64,000 nt of DNA, taken from contig JAQWDH010000005.1 of assembly GCA_028705565.1 (NCBI GenBank), positions 5,803 to 69,802 on the forward strand, in the 5' to 3' direction. Shown here in pieces: positions 58,150 through 64,000 of this stretch (within the stretch, counting starts at the first letter, position 1; every line of letters starts with the position of its first letter). The position numbers and the translations under genes were made by a program. A model generated the notes under the pieces. It did no database searches. It saw only the letters and a program-made list of their open reading frames with translations, and was not told where the DNA came from. The stretch is from Patescibacteria group bacterium. GTDB lineage: Bacteria; Patescibacteriota; Patescibacteriia; Magasanikbacterales; GWA2-37-8.

Positions 58150-59508
58150 ATGAGCAAACAAGCTGCGATGTTTATTTGTTCCAATTGCGACGCTCAATAT
58201 ACCAAATGGGTTGGGCGGTGTTTGGAATGCGGAAAATGGGGAACTGTTGAATCCGCCAGAGGCGGATTCGCCTTAAGCGAAAAATCACAAAAGGAAACGG
58301 CTGAATTTTCCCCGATAAAAACATTAACTTTAAACGAAATTGAAGGTAAAAACGCGATAAGAATTAAAACAAATATAAATGAACTGGATAGGGTTTTGGG
58401 TGGCGGCATCGTGCCTGGAAGTTTAATACTTTTGGGCGGAGAACCGGGCGTTGGAAAATCCACTTTAGCGATTCAACTCTCGTCAATTCTCCCGAATTCA
58501 TTATATATTTCAGGGGAGGAGTCAACGGAACAGATAAAATTACGAGCGGAAAGGTTGGATATAAAAGCGCCGAATTTGCGTTTGGCGAATGAAACGAATG
58601 TTGAAAATATCTCCGCGACCATAAAACAAAAATTTTCGCTTGCCGTGATTGATTCAATCCAAACAATTTATTCCGAAGAAATTGATAGCGAGCCGGGCAA
58701 TCCGAACCAGCTCCGCGCCTGCGCCGTAAAACTTATGGAAACCGCGAAATCATCAAACACTGCGGTAATCATTATTGGACATGTCACAAAAGAAGGAGTT
58801 GTGGCAGGTCCAAAAACTTTGGAGCATTTGGTTGACACGGTGCTCTACTTGGAAGGCGATCAGCGCCATCAGTATAGAATTTTGCGCGCGGTAAAAAATC
58901 GTTTCGGCCCGACAAATGAAGTAGGAATTTTTTCAATGGAAGAAAACGGACTCGCGGAAGTAAAAAATCCTTCGGCGAGTTTTCTTTCAGAAAGAGCCAA
59001 CGACCTCGCCGGAAATGTAATCACTTGCTTGATGGAAGGGACGCGCCCGATTCTTGTTGAAATACAAGCGCTCGTGACCAAAACCGCTTTCGGATATCCG
59101 ACGCGCAAAGCCAATGGTTTTGACATAAATCGCCTGCATATGATTATCGCGGTTTTGCAAAAACGAGCAGGTTTGCGTTTGGAACAATACGATATACATT
59201 TGAATGTAGCCGGCGGATTGCGCGCGGAAGAACCGGCGGCCGACCTCGCGGTTGCTTTGGCGATTGCGAGCGCCTGCAAAGATAAGGTGCTGGGATTTGA
59301 CATCGCGGCTTTCGGTGAAATCGGATTGGGCGGAGAAATCAGAACGGTTGCCAACGCGGAAAAAAGAATCAAAGAATGCGAACAATTGGGACTCAAAAAA
59401 ATAATCATGGCGCGCGGAACAAATCCAAACAAAAAATCGTCTGAAAAACAAAAAATCGCCGATATTAAAATTATGGAAATTAAAACCATCGGCGAAGTTT
59501 TCAAATGA
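58150..59508 (+). CDS. radA: DNA repair protein RadA/Sms
   Basis: 452 aa; Zn finger CSNCDAQYTKWVGRCLECGKW, Walker A GEPGVGKST, KNRFG, Lon-like C-domain. Confidence 0.9.
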   Translation: MSKQAAMFICSNCDAQYTKWVGRCLECGKWGTVESARGGFALSEKSQKETAEFSPIKTLTLNEIEGKNAIRIKTNINELDRVLGGGIVPGSLILLGGEPGVGKSTLAIQLSSILPNSLYISGEESTEQIKLRAERLDIKAPNLRLANETNVENISATIKQKFSLAVIDSIQTIYSEEIDSEPGNPNQLRACAVKLMETAKSSNTAVIIIGHVTKEGVVAGPKTLEHLVDTVLYLEGDQRHQYRILRAVKNRFGPTNEVGIFSMEENGLAEVKNPSASFLSERANDLAGNVITCLMEGTRPILVEIQALVTKTAFGYPTRKANGFDINRLHMIIAVLQKRAGLRLEQYDIHLNVAGGLRAEEPAADLAVALAIASACKDKVLGFDIAAFGEIGLGGEIRTVANAEKRIKECEQLGLKKIIMARGTNPNKKSSEKQKIADIKIMEIKTIGEVFK

Positions 59509-59523
59509 AAAACAACTGTTCTA

Positions 59524-61947
59524 TTATTTTTTCTTCAAATTTTTAAAGGCCGCGTCGTGAATCGGTTTTCCGTAAATTCCGACTGGAAAAAGAAGCTCAA
59601 TCAAAGACCTTAATCCTTTTGTTTTATAAAGACGGTCGTCTCCGTATCTTTTGTCGTCTTCTTTTTTTTGCCGTTCAAAATAAAAACCGCTGTGTCCATC
59701 TTCGCTCGGAGCGAACACCTGTATTTCTTCGTAATAAACATTGTTTCCGCCAGTATATTGAATATAAAATTTCGCGAACCGTATATCGCCTCCGCTTCCG
59801 ACGCTTCTTTTTTTCGCCTGATTTCCATTTCCGCCGGTTGGCTTGTAATCAAAAATTTTTATTCCATGATGTTTGGCTATCTCTGAAATCAATTCCAAAA
59901 TTGCCGGAACCTCTTCTCCATCTTTTTGTTTTATTTCTTTTTCAATCAAAATCGGAAAACCGCCGTTCATTTCCAGCTTACCTTCTTTGTCCCTTTTCGC
60001 TTCAAAAATTTTAATGTCTGAAAAATCTTTTTTTAAATCCGCGAATTTTTTCATTTCACCCATCTTTTTCAAATCCGCGTCCAAAGGATGTAAAACGATT
60101 TCTCTTCTAAAAATATCTATTATGTTTTTCGGGTCGTCCAGTCCCCTTTCAACCGCTTTGCGATAAACCGATTCAATTTTTTTCGTGTCGGTTTCAATTG
60201 ACGCCAAATAATTTTTATTTTTAAATTTTCGCAATTCCGCTTTTTGTCTTCCTAATAATACGTCGTCTTTCACTTCCACATCTTCCAAAATTTCATTGTC
60301 TTTTTTGTAATCCAAAAATTTATTGACGGTCGCGCCTTTAAAAACATCGGAAAACACTTTTTCAATCGGCGCGTTGCCAAGATTTTTACGTTCTTCATAA
60401 TGTTTGTCCGTTTCCGCGAAAAGATATAAAAGAACTAGCTGTCTTCTCGCCTCAAAAACCACTTCCTTGATTTTTCTTTTCAATTCTTCTTTACTGAAAT
60501 TTTCGTCCTTAAATCTTTCTTTCCATTCTTCGTCTCCGGCCGGAAAAGCCATTTTGATAATACCCTCCAAATCAAAATTTCTCACTTCATTTAAAGTTTT
60601 AACCAGCGAATGGTGAAAATCAATATCAATTTTCGGGCTGATGGCGCTATCAACCAAATAATCCAAAAACGAATTTATCCTGTCAAATTTTGAAAAAAGC
60701 GCGTCTTTTTCCACGCCAAAAGATTCCATAAAATCTTCCTCTATTTGTTTCGCCGTGTCCATATCGCGCGTTAATTCTCCTATTTTTTTAATCTTTCCAA
60801 AAAAACTTTTTTCAGAAGAAGAAATTTTATTGGCAAACATTTCCAATTTACCGATAAATTTGGAAAGTTTTTTGTTCTTTTTGGCGATTTCTAGATATTT
60901 ATCGGATAAATACGAAGTTTCCAAAAGCGCGTAAATACAACGCAAAACCGCTTCTATCTCGGATTTTCCCGCGCGTTCTCCGCCGACTTCTTCTTCAAAA
61001 TTACTCAAGTCCGCCGCCTCGCAAAACAAACCACGAGCGTTTTTTCCGTCTTTATTTTTAAAATCGCCATATTTTTTCCAAAAATCTTTTATCACTGTTT
61101 GCGTTCCCCATAAACCCTCACCTAATCCTTTTTTATCAACGGATGACGCGAGACGGCGCTTCCATTTATTTTTTTCTTCTTCATGCGCGCCCGACAAATC
61201 AAGAAAATGCGTTAAAACATTTATTTTTTTATTTGCTTCCTTTTCTTCCATAATTGACAGAAGTTCTCCTGAAATTTCACTCGCCGAATCGGAATCCGCG
61301 TCCAACAAATTTTCTTCTTTCTTGCCTTCCGCTGTAATATTCAGACTGTCCAACAAAAAAACTGTCTTTTTTTCCGGCTCAATTTCAAATTTTCCTTTCG
61401 TAAAAAGTTCAGCTGTTTGTTTTAAATCCAAGTGATGAAAATCTTCAACTTTATCTTCCGCCGGATTCAATGGATACGCTTCGTCCAGCGGCGGAACATT
61501 GCCGACAAAAAAAGACGCTTCTATCGGTATTTTTTCTTTTTTTCGGCTGTGAAAAATTTTATAATCCATTTTTCCGATAAATTTTAAATCAACATCAAGC
61601 GGACGCAGGTGCGTTTCTTCCAACATTTCCCTTTGCGCGGTTTCTTCTATTTTTTCCCAATCTTTCTTTTTTCCGCCGACAGGCATAACCTGCCCCGGAT
61701 TTACGCTTTCACTATTTTTTTCCATCCACATCGCGGTCGTAAAAAAAACATCCGATGGCTCGGCTCCTGATTCAATTTCTTTTTTAATTTCGTTTGTCGG
61801 ACGCGAACGCAAAATGAACACTCTGGCGACTTCACGCTTTTTTTCCGACTCTTTTTCTAAATTTAAACCTTCCTTGAACATAAACGATAATGAATTATAA
61901 ATATTAAGCCATAGTCCGTAGTACAAAGTCCGTAGTCCGTAGTCCAC
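59524..61947 (-). CDS. Large hypothetical protein with N-terminal Nudix-like domain
   Basis: 807 aa; GGKKKDWEKIEETAQREMLEETHL fits Gx5Ex7REUxEExGU except G to H at the penultimate position; remainder has no recognised domain. Confidence 0.4.
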   Translation of the reverse strand: MDYGLRTLYYGLWLNIYNSLSFMFKEGLNLEKESEKKREVARVFILRSRPTNEIKKEIESGAEPSDVFFTTAMWMEKNSESVNPGQVMPVGGKKKDWEKIEETAQREMLEETHLRPLDVDLKFIGKMDYKIFHSRKKEKIPIEASFFVGNVPPLDEAYPLNPAEDKVEDFHHLDLKQTAELFTKGKFEIEPEKKTVFLLDSLNITAEGKKEENLLDADSDSASEISGELLSIMEEKEANKKINVLTHFLDLSGAHEEEKNKWKRRLASSVDKKGLGEGLWGTQTVIKDFWKKYGDFKNKDGKNARGLFCEAADLSNFEEEVGGERAGKSEIEAVLRCIYALLETSYLSDKYLEIAKKNKKLSKFIGKLEMFANKISSSEKSFFGKIKKIGELTRDMDTAKQIEEDFMESFGVEKDALFSKFDRINSFLDYLVDSAISPKIDIDFHHSLVKTLNEVRNFDLEGIIKMAFPAGDEEWKERFKDENFSKEELKRKIKEVVFEARRQLVLLYLFAETDKHYEERKNLGNAPIEKVFSDVFKGATVNKFLDYKKDNEILEDVEVKDDVLLGRQKAELRKFKNKNYLASIETDTKKIESVYRKAVERGLDDPKNIIDIFRREIVLHPLDADLKKMGEMKKFADLKKDFSDIKIFEAKRDKEGKLEMNGGFPILIEKEIKQKDGEEVPAILELISEIAKHHGIKIFDYKPTGGNGNQAKKRSVGSGGDIRFAKFYIQYTGGNNVYYEEIQVFAPSEDGHSGFYFERQKKEDDKRYGDDRLYKTKGLRSLIELLFPVGIYGKPIHDAAFKNLKKK

Positions 61948-61957
61948 GCAACATCTT

Positions 61958-63991
61958 TCATTCCAAATGCGCGGTTTCCAATTCTTTCATCTTTTTCGCC
62001 AAAATCGGATATTTTTCCGCTTCAGGCGCCAAAAGCCGCGCCGCTTCTTTCGCTTTCTTTATTATACCAATATCCGTAAGTTTTGCCAGCCGCAGGTTCA
62101 TCATCCCGCTTTGCTCGGTTCCATACACTTCTCCAGGCCCGCGCATCTCCAAATCCTTGTCAGCCAATTTAAACCCGTTATTTTCTTTTTCAAAATATCG
62201 CAAACGCTCCGTTGCTTTCACCGCGTCCGATTCAGTAAAAAGCAAACAATAAGATTGATGCTCGGCGCGTCCGACCCGTCCGCGAAATTGATGCAATTGC
62301 GCCAAACCGAATCTGTCGGCGTTTTCAATCATCATTACCGAGGCGTTGGATATATCAACGCCGACCTCAACTACGGAAGTTGAAACGAGTATATCAATTT
62401 CCTTGTTTTTAAATTTTGCCATCGTATCTTCTTTTTCTTTCGCCTTTTGTTTGCCATGCAAATATCCGATTTTTAAATCCGTAAAAATTTTTTTGGACAA
62501 TTTTTCATATTCCGCCATCACTGATTTTTTTTCTTCCGCGCCAACGGCTCGCGGCTCCAAATTCAAATTGCAAGTTTCTGATTCGGAATCGCAAAAAATT
62601 AGCGGACAAATAACAAATGCCTGCCTGCCTGCTTTTATTTGTTCGCGGATGAATTGATACGCTTTTTCACGTTTTACCGGCTCCACCAAACGAGTCAAAA
62701 CTTTTTTCCTGCCAAGAGGCAATTCGTCAATGATTGAAACATCCAAATCGCCATAAATCGTGAGCGCCAAAGAACGCGGAATCGGTGTCGCGGTCATGCT
62801 TAAAAAATGTATTCCTTTCTTATTTGATGAAGCGCCGCCTTTTTCTTTTATTATTTTCCTTTGTTCAACTCCAAACCTGTGCTGTTCGTCAACAACCACC
62901 AAACCCAATTTTTCAAATTCAACTTTCTCACTCAAAAGCGCGTGCGTTCCGATAATAATGCTAACTTTTTTGTTTCTAATTTCTTTTAATAATACATTCT
63001 TTGATATTTTGATTTTGTCATTGATTGGAAATTGTAAATTGGAAATTTGACATTGCGAGCGTGTTAATAAACATAAACGCGCTTTATCTCCCAGCAATCC
63101 AACCATTGTATTGTAATGCTGTGTCGCCAAAATTTCAGTCGGCGCCATTATCGCCGCCTGATATCCGTTCAAAAAAGCGCTATATGCCGCCATCGCCGCC
63201 ACCACTGTTTTACCCGAACCGACATCTCCTGAAAGCAAACGATTCATTGGTTTGCCCTTCGTGATGTCTTGTAAAATTTCCCACGCGGATATTTTTTGCG
63301 ATTTGGTAAGCGTAAAAGGCAACGCTTTCACGAAATCTTGAATTTCTTTTTCTTTAAATTTCAAAATCGGAGCTGATTCAAAATTTCTTTTCATTCTCGC
63401 CGTTTCCGCCTTAAACTGCAATAAAAACCATTCATTGAATTTAAGCCGCTCAACGCTTTGCTTTAAATCATTGTCATCCTCTGGAAAATGTATTCCTCGC
63501 AACGCTTCGGAAATCGGAGCTAAGTCAAACTTTTCCAAAATAATTTCCGGTATCCATTCGGAAATATTTTGAGACAAACCGACAATTTGACTCTCAAGAA
63601 AACGAGTCTGTTTTTGAGTAAGCCCTGCTGTCAAAGGATAAATCGGAACAAGCCGCGCGGTATGCGTGGTCGCGTCTTTATTGGCTTTTTCGTAAACAGG
63701 ACTTACAAATTGCAACCCGAGCATGTCCGCCTGTGTTTTTCCTGATAAAAAAACAACATCGCCAATTTTCAAAATTTTAGTCAAAAACGGCTGATTAAAC
63801 CATACGACGCGAACGCTTCCGCTTTCGTCCGAAATCAGCGCCTCAGTGATGATTTTTCTTTTCTTAAAACTTCGCTTGTTGGCTATAAGTTCAACTCGCC
63901 CGCGAATTGTGATTGTTTCCCCGTCTTTTAGTTCGCTAATTGGAACCAAACGGCGAAAATCTTCATAACGGAATGGAAAAAAATACAACAA
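61958..63991 (-). CDS. recG: ATP-dependent DNA helicase RecG
   Basis: 677 aa; wedge domain, GDVGSGKT, DEQHRFG, QLHQFRGRVGR. Confidence 0.9.
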   Translation of the reverse strand: MLYFFPFRYEDFRRLVPISELKDGETITIRGRVELIANKRSFKKRKIITEALISDESGSVRVVWFNQPFLTKILKIGDVVFLSGKTQADMLGLQFVSPVYEKANKDATTHTARLVPIYPLTAGLTQKQTRFLESQIVGLSQNISEWIPEIILEKFDLAPISEALRGIHFPEDDNDLKQSVERLKFNEWFLLQFKAETARMKRNFESAPILKFKEKEIQDFVKALPFTLTKSQKISAWEILQDITKGKPMNRLLSGDVGSGKTVVAAMAAYSAFLNGYQAAIMAPTEILATQHYNTMVGLLGDKARLCLLTRSQCQISNLQFPINDKIKISKNVLLKEIRNKKVSIIIGTHALLSEKVEFEKLGLVVVDEQHRFGVEQRKIIKEKGGASSNKKGIHFLSMTATPIPRSLALTIYGDLDVSIIDELPLGRKKVLTRLVEPVKREKAYQFIREQIKAGRQAFVICPLIFCDSESETCNLNLEPRAVGAEEKKSVMAEYEKLSKKIFTDLKIGYLHGKQKAKEKEDTMAKFKNKEIDILVSTSVVEVGVDISNASVMMIENADRFGLAQLHQFRGRVGRAEHQSYCLLFTESDAVKATERLRYFEKENNGFKLADKDLEMRGPGEVYGTEQSGMMNLRLAKLTDIGIIKKAKEAARLLAPEAEKYPILAKKMKELETAHLE

Positions 63992-64000
63992 ATCAAGCGC

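Noticed and set aside
59610-60616. Several short ORFs on both strands inside the 807-aa gene (59610..59852, 59619..60014, 59668..59886, 59873..60166, 60404..60616)
   Set aside because: Nested within a long continuous ORF with a conserved-looking Nudix-like start. Typical spurious frames in AT-rich DNA.

Overview
AT-rich bacterial chromosomal segment, about 37-40% GC by eye, with compact gene organisation. The gene set is typical of a small-genome, Patescibacteria/CPR-like organism; this is an inference from gene content and sequence style, not a database hit. The window holds housekeeping genes: dnaB (3' part), ybaB, recR, mraY, a Mur ligase, yidC, nusA, leuS, gdhA, trxA, infB, rny, hup, tsaD, dnaE, pheST, rseP, lemA, htpX, clpC, radA and recG. 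It also has two tRNAs (Glu-UUC, Met-CAU), several glycan/cell-envelope genes (two Wzy-like ligases, a GT4 transferase, a GH-like hydrolase with FG-GAP repeats, a MopE-type Cys-repeat protein) and a ComEC split around a methyltransferase gene. The unusual content: (1) a dispersed family of GC-rich palindromic MITE-like elements with GTCATYSCGA termini, at least 8 loci, two of them inserted in-frame inside leuS; (2) a roughly 140-aa NUDIX domain inserted in LeuRS, plus a Nudix-like N-terminus on a large orphan protein beside recG; (3) an unannotated, translationally coupled operon of four 34-52 aa single-TM peptides with perfect Shine-Dalgarno sites between leuS and gdhA; (4) a GxxExxY gene flanked by inverted repeats and inserted between lemA and htpX; (5) a co-directional clpC / membrane protein / TolB-like / CxxC-less DsbA-like / lytic transglycosylase+SGNH esterase cluster; (6) a tRNA-flanked islet with a RhuM-family gene and a GC-rich orphan ORF; (7) heptanucleotide and 22-bp tandem repeats in intergenic regions. 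No rRNA and no CRISPR array are present.
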